From Patescibacteria group bacterium (GTDB lineage: Bacteria > Patescibacteriota > Patescibacteriia > Magasanikbacterales > UBA922): 64,000 bases of DNA. Below, one piece after another: positions 18,439 through 27,420 of the stretch. The number at the start of each line of letters is the position of its first letter. Within the stretch, counting starts at the first letter, position 1. Below the pieces are notes generated by a model. That model saw only the letters and a list, made by a program, of their open reading frames with translations, was not told the DNA's origin and made no database searches. The stretch lies in the NCBI GenBank assembly GCA_018823045.1, contig JAHJIX010000002.1:128846-192845 (forward strand), read 5' to 3'. The translations under genes and the position numbers were made by a program.

Positions 18439-19815
18439 CTAGCGTCCTTGTGCATAAATTTTTTGCTTAATAAGTTCAATATCTTGTTTAATTTTCAAAT
18501 CAAGATCTTTTTGCTTTACAATTTTATTGTGTGCATGTATGGCTGTTGTGTGATCACGTCCACCTAATTCTTGTCCTATATTTGGAAACGACAAATCAAG
18601 TTCTGTGCGTAATAAATACATAGCAATTTGTCTTGGAAGGGATACTCGCTTTTCTCTGCTTTTTCCAATAATATCTTGATTAGTAATATCAAAAAATCTC
18701 ATAACCTCTTGAATTATTTCTCGAGGGGTGGTTGAACGTTTGGTGTTATTTGTTTCGAGAGTCTCTAAGATAGAGGACACACCTTCTTTATTTAAGGGGG
18801 TATTTTTGAGTTGATGAAAAGCTGAAATTTTGTTTAAGGCCCCTTCTAGTTCTCGGATGTTACTTTGAACTTGTCGTGCAATCATCTGTAGGATGTCTTC
18901 CTTTATGTCTAATTTTTTTTCTTGGCATTTTGCCTGGAGAATGGCCACTCTTGTTTCAAGGTCTGGTGCAGAAATATCAGCAATCATTCCCCACTCAAAA
19001 CGACTACGTAATCGGTCTTCAAGAGAAAGGATTGCTTTTGGAGGACGATCACTGGTCATGATAACCTGCTTCCCTTGTTGATGAAGTTCATTAAATGTAT
19101 GAAAAAATTCTTCTTGTGTTTGTTCTTTTCCTCCAATAAATTGAATATCATCAATTAATAGAAGGTCAACGTTGCGGTATCGATCTTTAAATTCTTTGGC
19201 TCGACCTTCTTTAACAGACATGACAAACTCATTAGTAAATTTTTCTGAACTGACATATAAGATTTTTGCCTGGGGATTTTTAGCTAACATGCTGTGCCCC
19301 ACTGCTTGCAATAGGTGGGTTTTTCCAAGACCAACATCACCATATATAAAGAGTGGGTTGTATGCTTCACCTGGTCGATCAGCAACAGCTTGTGATGCAG
19401 CATGTGCTAATTCATTTTGTTTTCCAACAATAAATGTGTCAAAAACATATTTTGGTTGAAGCCCAAATTGACTAGCGTGTTGCATTGTGTTCGTATACAT
19501 GGGGGTTTTTGCTGTAGAGACCGTTGGTTGTGATTTGGTAAAGCACTCCTGTTCAGCAATATTTTTCATGTTCTCTACCTTATATTCCATTTTTTTTACT
19601 GGTTTACCTGTAATTCTCTCAATTGTCTTTACTAAATCAGAGTTATATTTTTTTTCAAGCCAGCTTTTTGTAAATGTATTTGGAACACAAACAATAATAC
19701 GTCCTTCTTGATATTCTGCAATGCCAGTGCTACGAAACCATGTGGTGAAATTTGCTTTAGATAGTTTCAATTCAAATTCAGCAAGAACAGCCTGCCATAT
19801 CTCGTAGTTTGTCAT
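18439..19815 (-). CDS. dnaA: Chromosomal replication initiator DnaA
   Basis: Walker A GDVGLGKTHLL and the AAA+ and C-terminal DNA-binding regions (RELEGALN, IGKSREKRV...RQIAMYL) are present. Confidence 0.95.
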   Translation of the reverse strand: MTNYEIWQAVLAEFELKLSKANFTTWFRSTGIAEYQEGRIIVCVPNTFTKSWLEKKYNSDLVKTIERITGKPVKKMEYKVENMKNIAEQECFTKSQPTVSTAKTPMYTNTMQHASQFGLQPKYVFDTFIVGKQNELAHAASQAVADRPGEAYNPLFIYGDVGLGKTHLLQAVGHSMLAKNPQAKILYVSSEKFTNEFVMSVKEGRAKEFKDRYRNVDLLLIDDIQFIGGKEQTQEEFFHTFNELHQQGKQVIMTSDRPPKAILSLEDRLRSRFEWGMIADISAPDLETRVAILQAKCQEKKLDIKEDILQMIARQVQSNIRELEGALNKISAFHQLKNTPLNKEGVSSILETLETNNTKRSTTPREIIQEVMRFFDITNQDIIGKSREKRVSLPRQIAMYLLRTELDLSFPNIGQELGGRDHTTAIHAHNKIVKQKDLDLKIKQDIELIKQKIYAQGR

Positions 19816-20126
19816 AGGGAGAGGGATTAATAATAGAAAAAATTGTGGAAAAGGTGTGAGTTATCTGTTTCTTTTTATTAAGTATACACATTTTATCATA
19901 GCTTTAGAAAATGAAACATGGCTATAATAAGGTAAAAAGTTATTAACATGTGGATAAACTGTGCACATTGTGGATAAGTTTGAAAAAAAATAGAATGAGA
20001 CAAGGGTTTTTTGTGGGGTGATCTTTTTTTAAAAGTTGTACACAGGTTTTATTTCTTGGTGAAGTGGTGTACTCTTGACTTTTTTTATGTATTGCTTTAT
20101 AATACGACCCGTTAACTATACGAAAT
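19816..20126. promoter_or_regulatory. Candidate oriC / dnaA-rpmH intergenic region with DnaA boxes
   Basis: Two perfect TGTGGATAA (TTATCCACA) boxes lie at 19949-19957 and 19969-19977, with degenerate boxes (TGTGGAAAA, TTGTGGGG) and AT-rich tracts nearby. An rpmH promoter is present: -35 TTGACT at 20076-20081, a 16-nt spacer, and -10 TATAAT at 20098-20103. Confidence 0.65.
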
Positions 20127-20303
20127 ATGCCAAAAAGAACATATCAACCAAAAAAGAGAAAACGTGCAAAGACTCATGGGTTTCGTGCGCGCATGAAGAC
20201 GAAGGCTGGGCGCTGTGCTTTGAAACGTCGACGTGATAAAAGAAGAAAGAATCTTACTGTAAGTGATGATAAACAAGGAAAACGTTTGCGAAAAACTCGC
20301 TAA
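20127..20303 (+). CDS. rpmH: 50S ribosomal protein L34 (58 aa, C-terminally extended)
   Basis: Hand translation gives [45 protein letters not shown] followed by a 14-aa basic tail. It is below the ORF-track length cutoff and sits in the canonical position before rnpA. Confidence 0.85.
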   Translation: MPKRTYQPKKRKRAKTHGFRARMKTKAGRCALKRRRDKRRKNLTVSDDKQGKRLRKTR

Positions 20304-20321
20304 TTGCTTTTATCAGTATTC

Positions 20322-20350
20322 AGGCCTCGCTTTTTGCGAGGTTTTTGATA
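20322..20350 (+). terminator. Hairpin between rpmH and rnpA (CCTCGC-TTTTT-GCGAGG followed by a T-rich tract)
   Basis: A 6-bp GC-rich stem followed by TTTTTG. It is a possible attenuator for rnpA read-through, as in other rpmH-rnpA operons. Confidence 0.45.
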
Positions 20351-20363
20351 TACTTTATAGTAT

Positions 20364-20735
20364 ATGTTACCAAAAGATAACAGACTCAAGAAGTCAAGTG
20401 ATATTGATATTGTATTTGCCCATGGACGAAGCGTTTACGGCAATTTTTTAGCGTGCCGTTTGTGGCGCATTGTTCCGAGTAATTTTCCAAAGAGGGGTTA
20501 TGATAAAGACATGCTTAAAGTTGCTGTTGTTGTGGGGAAAAAGGTCCACAAGAGTGCCGTACAGCGAAACGTAATTAAAAGAAAAATGCGTGAAGTGTTG
20601 CGTTTGCTTTTAAAAGAGGGTAGTGTCCCTGCAGGATATTTATTTGTATTTTTTGCAAAGCCTACGATTCTTGGAAGATCGTATCAAGAAATTGCAACAG
20701 ATATTACACAGGTGATTGCTCGCGCAAAGCTCTAA
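20364..20735 (+). CDS. rnpA: Ribonuclease P protein component
   Basis: About 120 aa and basic. The motif KKVHKSAVQRNVIKRKMRE matches the RnpA RNR-like motif, and the gene is in conserved synteny after rpmH. Confidence 0.85.
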   Translation: MLPKDNRLKKSSDIDIVFAHGRSVYGNFLACRLWRIVPSNFPKRGYDKDMLKVAVVVGKKVHKSAVQRNVIKRKMREVLRLLLKEGSVPAGYLFVFFAKPTILGRSYQEIATDITQVIARAKL

Positions 20736-20747
20736 TCTAACACCTCT

Positions 20748-21008
20748 ATGAAATTTTTTCGGGCTATTCTTCGTTTACCTCGTTATCCAGTGCTTCTGGT
20801 AATTTATTTGTATCAAAAAACAATTTCACCTGATCATGGTCTTGCAAAAGATAAATTTCCTCATGGGTATTGTCCGTATCACCCAACCTGTAGTGAATAT
20901 GGTTTTCAGGCCATCAAAAAACACGGTCTTATTTTGGGTGTGCCAAAAACAGCCTGGCGTATTGTGCGCTGCAACCCCTGGACAAAAGGTGGGGTAGATC
21001 TCCCGTGA
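20748..21008 (+). CDS. yidD: Membrane protein insertion efficiency factor YidD
   Basis: Motif YQKTISP...CPYHPTCSEYG...RIVRCNPWTKGGVDLP. Confidence 0.85.
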   Translation: MKFFRAILRLPRYPVLLVIYLYQKTISPDHGLAKDKFPHGYCPYHPTCSEYGFQAIKKHGLILGVPKTAWRIVRCNPWTKGGVDLP

Positions 21009-21017
21009 CGATGAAAT

Positions 21018-21245
21018 TTATGTATCAATTTCAATTATTTTTTTATGACTGTTTTGTCCAGATATAATAGATATCTGGTATTTTTTTATGTTCCATTCTT
21101 TTGCAAGAAGTGCTATGAGTTGTTTATTTGCTTCGCCATCAACAGGGGCGGCCATCAGTCTTATGGTGTAGCTTTCATCTTTTTGTTTTGTAATGAGATT
21201 TTTTGATGAACGAGGAATGACTTTTAGGGTATATTTTTTTTTCAT
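21018..21245 (-). CDS. DUF167 (YggU/UPF0235) family protein
   Basis: Contains LKVIPRSSKN...IRLMAAPVDGEANKQLIALLAKEW...ISIISGQNSHKKII. The start is taken at the internal ATG at 21245. Confidence 0.55.
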   Translation of the reverse strand: MKKKYTLKVIPRSSKNLITKQKDESYTIRLMAAPVDGEANKQLIALLAKEWNIKKYQISIISGQNSHKKIIEIDT

Positions 21246-21296
21246 AGTAAAGAGTGACAGAGAAAGAGCCCCCATATGGGAGCTCTTTTACTTATA

Positions 21297-22604
21297 TTAT
21301 TTTTTGGCTGTCTTTGGTACTTTTTTTGTTATAATTTGTTTTTTAAGCCAGGAGATGACTTCTTTATTTTGAAGTGTGAGCGCGATAGTATCGTGCACAT
21401 CAGCTCGTTTTAAATTTTCTTGTGCATCTTTGTTGTCTTTGTATATATCTTTTAATACATTGATTTCTGCTTCAAGCGCTTCTTTTGAAACAACAATGTT
21501 GTGTTCTTTGGCGATTTGGCGAGACACAAGCGCTGCTTTTGCTCTTTTTTCTGCTTGTGCAGAAAATTCTTTGCGTAATTCATCTTCTTTTTTCTTGATA
21601 TCTTCAAGATATTGTTCAATAGTTACCCCATGTTTTGACAGATCTTGTTTGAGTTCATGAAAAATTTTATTTTTTTCTGATTCAAGAAGAATGTCTGGAA
21701 TATCACTAAATATTGTTTGGTCAATAATTTGGTCAAGCATTTCAATCTCAACTTGTTGACTTGCTTTTTGTTTTGCTTCGTTTAGTAAATTTTCTTTAAT
21801 GAGCGCCTTGAGTGCTTTAACACTGTCTTGTCCAATTTTTTGAGCAAATTCTTCAGTAAGGGTCGGTAATTCTCGTACATAGACATCTTTTATAACAACG
21901 GAAAAATCAATCTTTTTTCCTGCAAGTTGTTTTTGGTAGTGTGTTTTTGGAAAAGAAAGAGAAAATTCTTTTGTTTCTCCTTTTTTTGCTCCAACTAATT
22001 CTTTATTAAATCCTGGAATATAGTGATCTTCTCCAAGGTATACTTGGTAATCAACGGTTTTGCCACCCTCAACGACTACTCCATCTTGGGTCATGGTCAT
22101 ATCAATTATAAGTTTATCTGTTCCTTCTGCAGCGCCATCTTTGCGCACTTCTGTAGCATGCATACCACGAATAGCATCAAGTGTTTCATCTAATTTTTTA
22201 TCATCAACAACAACTTCTTTTTCTTCAACCTTGATTTTTTTGAAATCAGGAAGTGTTATACTTGGTAAAAGCGCTACTTCTGCTTTAAAAACTATGTCAT
22301 TTTCAGGAGCCAATTTTTCAATATTAATTTGTGGCATGCCAAGTGTTTCTAGTTTTTCTGCAATAACAGCTTTGCTATATTGTTCTTGAATAATATCTTC
22401 GAGTGCTTCTTGCATAATTGACATTGCCCCGACTTCTTTTTTGATAAGTTCATAGGGTGCATGGCCTTTTCTAAATCCTTTAATGGCAACACGCATAGAA
22501 AGACGCTTTGCTGCACGTTTTAGTGCGGGTGTATATTCTTTTTCTGGTATACTAATAGTAAGAGCAACTTGTGTTGCCTTATCTTCTCGTTTTATTTGTG
22601 CCAT
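21297..22604 (-). CDS. tig: Trigger factor
   Basis: N-terminal ribosome-binding region (RVAIKGFRKGHAPYELI matches the GFRxGxxP signature). Length is about 435 aa. Confidence 0.9.
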   Translation of the reverse strand: MAQIKREDKATQVALTISIPEKEYTPALKRAAKRLSMRVAIKGFRKGHAPYELIKKEVGAMSIMQEALEDIIQEQYSKAVIAEKLETLGMPQINIEKLAPENDIVFKAEVALLPSITLPDFKKIKVEEKEVVVDDKKLDETLDAIRGMHATEVRKDGAAEGTDKLIIDMTMTQDGVVVEGGKTVDYQVYLGEDHYIPGFNKELVGAKKGETKEFSLSFPKTHYQKQLAGKKIDFSVVIKDVYVRELPTLTEEFAQKIGQDSVKALKALIKENLLNEAKQKASQQVEIEMLDQIIDQTIFSDIPDILLESEKNKIFHELKQDLSKHGVTIEQYLEDIKKKEDELRKEFSAQAEKRAKAALVSRQIAKEHNIVVSKEALEAEINVLKDIYKDNKDAQENLKRADVHDTIALTLQNKEVISWLKKQIITKKVPKTAKK

Positions 22605-22745
22605 AGGTCTAATATCAATAAAAAATAATAGGAGCTTTTTGACGGCTGTAGTATAGTTAAAAAATATAAAAAAGTCAATACTTTAGCCATTTTTTAACGA
22701 AAAGGGCTTCCCTTTTTCGCTTATTTGTGCTAATGTTTATATATT

Positions 22746-24134
22746 ATGGCATTTATAAAAGATAAAATACTCATGGTATTGTTGCGTGTTCTCGTGCGAG
22801 TAAAACGCGTGATGTTTTGGTTGGCGCGTAATTTGTGGTCAATATTTGGGGTGTTATATGATGTATATGCAAAAACAATAGGTTTCCGTATATATAAAAT
22901 ATTTTTTCTTGTTAAAAAAAAATCACAAAAACATAATATCCCTCTTGATAGTCGTTTTGTTGAGGTGCTTGGACGCCGGGGGTTGTTACAAGTGGGTCTT
23001 TTTGTGTTGTTGGTGATGATCATGATTCCATATAGCACCCTTTATACACAAGAAGTTGGAAACATTCACGGGCGAGACACATTATTATATAAGATTATTG
23101 GTCCGGGTGATCAAAATTTTGGGTATGATGAGATTACTATTGAAGAGGCACATTTTGATCAAACAACTCAAATAGATGCTCCTGCGTGGAAAGAGGGGGC
23201 TGTGGCGGTTGAAACACATGGAACAGTAGGAAAAGAGTCTATAGCGCAGTCACAAGAGCTTGCGGCATTTACTTCTGGTGGGGCAGCAATCACTAAACCA
23301 AATATTTTACCTGGTGTAGATGTTTCTGTTGAAACACCTACAGGAAGTATTAATGGAACGTTGAGAAAATCAGCAATAACCTACACTGTTCAATCAGGAG
23401 ATGTTATTGGAAAAATTGCAGAAAAATTTGGGATTGATGTAAATACTATTTTGTGGGCAAATGATTTAACAGCAAGATCATATATTCGTCCAGGTGATGA
23501 TTTAACTATTTTACCTGAGAATGGTGTAATGCATACCGTAAAATCCGGTGAAACTGTATCAAAAATTGCAAAAGAGTATAATGCAGAGTCAGAAAGTATT
23601 GTTGCATTTAATAAATTACAAAAAGACGGCTCAGATATTGTCATTGGTGAAGAATTGTTTATTCCAGGTGGAGAAAAACGAACAACAGTCATCCGTCCAA
23701 GTTATGTGACAAGACCGAGTACCTTTGCGAGTGTGACAGCTCCACCACCATCTGTATCTGCTCCTGCAGGTTCTGGATTTTTGTGGCCATCACAAGCACG
23801 TATTATTACACAGTATTATGGCTGGCGTCATACAGGGCTTGACATAGGTGGCCCAATTGGAACACCGTTATATGCATCAAAAGCAGGAACTGTTATTAAA
23901 TCTCAGTGTGGGTGGAATGGTGGGTATGGTTGTTATATAATTCTTGATCATGGCGGCGGTGTACAAACATTGTATGCCCATGCTTCTCAACTATATGTGT
24001 CTTTAGGAGAAACGGTAACACAAGGGCAAACTATTGCGGGTATGGGATCGACTGGAAACTCAACAGGACCGCATATCCATTATGAAGTAAGAATTAATGG
24101 ACAAAGAATGAACCCACTTCAATACGTTCGATAA
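22746..24134 (+). CDS. LysM-domain M23 family metallopeptidase
   Basis: Two LysM repeats (YTVQSGDVIGKIAEKFGIDVNTILWANDL and HTVKSGETVSKIAKEYNAESESIVAFNKL). The C-terminal M23 domain carries HTGLDIGGPIGTPLYA and GPHIHYEVRINGQRMNP. Confidence 0.85.
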   Translation: MAFIKDKILMVLLRVLVRVKRVMFWLARNLWSIFGVLYDVYAKTIGFRIYKIFFLVKKKSQKHNIPLDSRFVEVLGRRGLLQVGLFVLLVMIMIPYSTLYTQEVGNIHGRDTLLYKIIGPGDQNFGYDEITIEEAHFDQTTQIDAPAWKEGAVAVETHGTVGKESIAQSQELAAFTSGGAAITKPNILPGVDVSVETPTGSINGTLRKSAITYTVQSGDVIGKIAEKFGIDVNTILWANDLTARSYIRPGDDLTILPENGVMHTVKSGETVSKIAKEYNAESESIVAFNKLQKDGSDIVIGEELFIPGGEKRTTVIRPSYVTRPSTFASVTAPPPSVSAPAGSGFLWPSQARIITQYYGWRHTGLDIGGPIGTPLYASKAGTVIKSQCGWNGGYGCYIILDHGGGVQTLYAHASQLYVSLGETVTQGQTIAGMGSTGNSTGPHIHYEVRINGQRMNPLQYVR

Positions 24135-24166
24135 AAAAAATACCAGTATATACTGGTATTTTTTAT
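24133..24166. terminator. Bidirectional intrinsic terminator (ATACCAGTATA/TATACTGGTAT flanked by A and T runs)
   Basis: An 11-bp perfect stem between the convergent M23 and yifB genes. Confidence 0.75.
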
Positions 24167-25680
24167 GATTTAAGCCTATATTGTAGTGCTTCAGCAATAT
24201 GTGTTGCTTCAATGTGTTCTTTTTGTTCAATATCGGCTATGGTGCGGGCAATTTTTATAATACGATGAAAGCTTCGTGCTGAGAGATACATGTGGCTCAT
24301 GGCTTGGCGCATGATTTGTGTACATGTTTCATCAAGTGCACAAAAGAGTTTTATTTCTTTGTTGCTCATTTCACTGTTGCTAGTGATGTTTGTGTGTTTA
24401 AATCTCTTTTTTTGCATTTGTCTAGCATATTCAACCCGTGTTTGGATTTGTGTAGAGCTTTCTGCAAGTGCATGGTCGGTTAGTTTTTCAAAATCAACGC
24501 GAGGTACTTCTACATGAAGATCAATACGATCAAGAATGGGGCCACTCACTTTTTTTTGGTAGCGAGATATTTGTTGAGCTGAACAAGTACAGGTTTTATC
24601 TGGGTCGCTTGCATAGCCACATGGGCAAGGATTTTGACTGGCAACAAGGGTAAAGCTTGCAGGAAAACAGAGTGTCCCTTGTGCACGAGAAATAGTGACG
24701 ACTCCATCTTCAAGTGGTTGGCGTAAATTTTCTAATACGGTGCGTGGAAATTCAGGGAATTCATCTAAAAATAACACTCCTCTGTGTGCAAGTGATATTT
24801 CTCCTGGTCGAGGAAAGGCGCCTCCGCCGACGAGTGCTACTCCACTTGCGCTATGATGTGGTGTACGAAATGGTCTTGTGGTAATAATAGGTGTTTCTTG
24901 AGGAAGAAGACCTGCAACCGAATAAATTTGGGTAATATCAATTGCTTCTTGTACAGAGAGTTTTGGTAATATGGATGGGAATGTTCTTGCAAGTAGGGTT
25001 TTTCCTGAGCCTGGTGGACCTGAAAGTAAAATGTTATGACCCCCACTGGCGGCAATCTCTAGGGCTCGTTTTGCAAAGTGCTGGCCTTTTATGTGCGCCA
25101 TGTCACCACCATGTGTTGGAAGAGTAATTAACGAGTGAATATCGGTGGTTATTGCTTGGTTGATCATTTTTTCTTCATTGAGATGGTCAATAAGTGCTTT
25201 AAATGAGTGTACAGGGAATATAGATACCCCTTCAATGATCGCAGCTTCGGCGCTATTGATTGCTGGAACAAAGATGCGAGCATATCCTTGTTCTTTGGCA
25301 AAAAGTGCCAGAGGGAGCACTCCATTGCTGTGACGTAGCGCTCCATCTAGCGCGAGCTCCCCAACAAAAAGTGCATCGTCAAGATCAATTTCTTTTTTTG
25401 TTGCGGCGATGTACATGCCAATAGCAATAGGAAGATCATAAGAAGAACCAACCTTTTTTACATTAGCTGGGGCTAAATTAACAATAACGCGACTATTTGA
25501 TGGAAAAGGAATACCTGAATTTTTCCATGCTGTACGAATACGCTCTTTTGCTTCTTGAACTGAGGTGTCGGCAAGCCCAACAATTTGATAGCCTGGCCAA
25601 CTGCCAGCAATGTCTACTTCGACAGTAATTGGTGTACAGTGTATACCAAGTATTGACGCAGAATGTATTTTTGTTACCAT
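24163..25680 (-). CDS. YifB/ComM family Mg-chelatase-like AAA+ ATPase
   Basis: N-terminal Lon-like domain, Walker A GPPGSGKT, Walker B LFLDEFPEF, and a C-terminal ChlI-like region. Confidence 0.85.
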   Translation of the reverse strand: MVTKIHSASILGIHCTPITVEVDIAGSWPGYQIVGLADTSVQEAKERIRTAWKNSGIPFPSNSRVIVNLAPANVKKVGSSYDLPIAIGMYIAATKKEIDLDDALFVGELALDGALRHSNGVLPLALFAKEQGYARIFVPAINSAEAAIIEGVSIFPVHSFKALIDHLNEEKMINQAITTDIHSLITLPTHGGDMAHIKGQHFAKRALEIAASGGHNILLSGPPGSGKTLLARTFPSILPKLSVQEAIDITQIYSVAGLLPQETPIITTRPFRTPHHSASGVALVGGGAFPRPGEISLAHRGVLFLDEFPEFPRTVLENLRQPLEDGVVTISRAQGTLCFPASFTLVASQNPCPCGYASDPDKTCTCSAQQISRYQKKVSGPILDRIDLHVEVPRVDFEKLTDHALAESSTQIQTRVEYARQMQKKRFKHTNITSNSEMSNKEIKLFCALDETCTQIMRQAMSHMYLSARSFHRIIKIARTIADIEQKEHIEATHIAEALQYRLKS

Positions 25681-25710
25681 AGATATCCTCCTTAAAGTGT
25701 ATAGTTAAGA

Positions 25711-26172
25711 TCAATATATTTTTTTATAGTGTATTTCTTGTAAAAATAATAGACATGCACCAACAACAATCATGACATCTGCAATATTCATAATAGATGT
25801 AATAATACGAAGGTAGTCTGTGGTTGTTTGAAAAATAATACGATCAATAAGATTGGATATAGCACCAAACAATAATAGGGCTATTCCATAAAATCCTATT
25901 GGGTGTATGGTGTGTTTTTTTAAAGAAGAAACAAAGAAAAAAAGAAGTAGTGGTGTTAAAATGATAAGAAGTATTTGGGGAAATGGAATACCAAAGGCAA
26001 TACCTGTATTTTCTAAATGTTCCCATCCAAGCCAGGGTTTTATAACATAGAGGCTTGTTTCAGGGAAGGATCGTGCAATATATTTTGCTATCTGATCAAA
26101 AATAAAAAAAAATCCACCCAAGAGAATGGCTCCTGCAATGTGGAATTTTTTTATGTGTTGGTTAAATTTCAT
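25711..26172 (-). CDS. lspA: Lipoprotein signal peptidase II
   Basis: Four TM segments with conserved NTGIAFGIPFP and LLLFGAISNLIDRI motifs. Confidence 0.75.
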   Translation of the reverse strand: MKFNQHIKKFHIAGAILLGGFFFIFDQIAKYIARSFPETSLYVIKPWLGWEHLENTGIAFGIPFPQILLIILTPLLLFFFVSSLKKHTIHPIGFYGIALLLFGAISNLIDRIIFQTTTDYLRIITSIMNIADVMIVVGACLLFLQEIHYKKIY

Positions 26173-26569
26173 TGGTTAATAATTTTTTTGCCTCAATAGA
26201 TGAGCTAGATGTAGGACGAGCAAGAAGTCGTTTTTTTGCTATAGGATTTCCTGTATATTTGCAAATGCCATAGGTTCCTTCTTTTAGTCGTTCAAGTGCT
26301 TTATTTACATCTCGAAGTTGGTTTTCAAGTGTAATTTCAAGTGTTTTGTTGACAGTATAGTCAGCAACTTCATGTACAATATCATCATCTTCATCACCAT
26401 AGTTTGGGAAGTCGGCATCGAAATCATCACCACTGGCGACGTTGTTATTTTTTTGTGCAAAGCTATTTAATTCTTTTTCAAGATGAACTTTTTCTTCAAG
26501 CAATTGTTGTTTAATTGTATCAAGAAATTCTTGATCAAATGCCGTTGCTTGGGGGGTTGTTTGTACCAT
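26162..26569 (-). CDS. DksA/TraR-like family protein (non-canonical, single Cys)
   Basis: C-terminal GTYGICKYTGNPIAKKRLLARPT resembles the DksA/TraR zinc-finger region but has only one Cys. The N-terminal half is an acidic coiled-coil-like region. Confidence 0.5.
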   Translation of the reverse strand: MVQTTPQATAFDQEFLDTIKQQLLEEKVHLEKELNSFAQKNNNVASGDDFDADFPNYGDEDDDIVHEVADYTVNKTLEITLENQLRDVNKALERLKEGTYGICKYTGNPIAKKRLLARPTSSSSIEAKKLLTNEI

Positions 26570-27259
26570 AAGCGTATCATTAGTGCTCCTTTTGTGAGCT
26601 TAGAAATCTATTATTGTATAGTATAGCAGAAAGGAGTAGAAAACATCAAATTTTTGATAATTAAAAAAGGGCCGTGCCCCATACTTAAAGTAATAAACGG
26701 GTGGCCCTTTGAAGGCCTATTTCTTTGAGTTGGGATGCCCACAGAGAAATAAGAGAAGTTCGTATTGCTCTGTGGACAAGCCAACAAATAAAGTAAATAG
26801 GAAAAACATGCACCTTTCTACCGCTCACAAGGAATTACTCCAGGAATATTATGTGAACATAATATTTTATTTTAGGAGTTACCAAACGTATCAGCCTTAC
26901 CTCTTATTAGCAAACAGTGCTTTTGTTTGTATATGTATTTTGGTAAGAATTACTCTTTGTATTGTGTAGAAGAATGTGTGCTGAGTGTTAAGGAGCAAAT
27001 TGTTGGTTTTCCGCTAAAGGGAAAGTCTGATACAAAGAGAAGTAAAAAGGGGTATGCTCTACATAATTAATTCTTATGCAGAACACGCCATATGTTTTAT
27101 TGTAATGTGCAGAATCTTATTTGATTCTATATTAATAATACCACATTTCCACTGTTTTGTCAACAGGTAGTAATTGTTACTAAGATTAGGTAAAAAATTG
27201 GTGGGGGCATGTTTTTTGTGTCTAATGTTGTCTATACAAAAATAATAAAGAAAAGATAG

Positions 27260-27288
27260 TTATCCACAGCTGTTAGGAGTTATCCACA
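27260..27288 (+). promoter_or_regulatory. Pair of perfect DnaA boxes (TTATCCACA) in direct orientation, 20 bp apart
   Basis: Boxes at 27260-27268 and 27280-27288, flanked by three copies of TGT(C/A/G)TATACAAA(A/T/G)ATA(A/G). The pair lies 130-160 bp upstream of holA. Confidence 0.6.
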
Positions 27289-27420
27289 GTTTTATTAACA
27301 GTGTATAGATTTTTGTATACAAATAATAAGGGGCCAGACTAAAACTGTATAGACTTGTGTATACAAAGATAGATTATTATTTATGGGTGATGTTCTGTCA
27401 TTAATACAAAACATGATACA

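Noticed and set aside
26709-26969. 86-aa ORF in the long non-coding region
   Set aside because: No homology and low-complexity AT-rich translation. It has no Shine-Dalgarno or start context. The region is treated as non-coding.
26570-27180. RNase P RNA or tmRNA assignment for the non-coding tract
   Set aside because: Only a partial GGAAAGTC-like stretch was found. There is no ACAGAA..CGGCTTA P4 strand, no tRNA-like 3' end, and no tag reading frame. The region is left as an unassigned candidate ncRNA.
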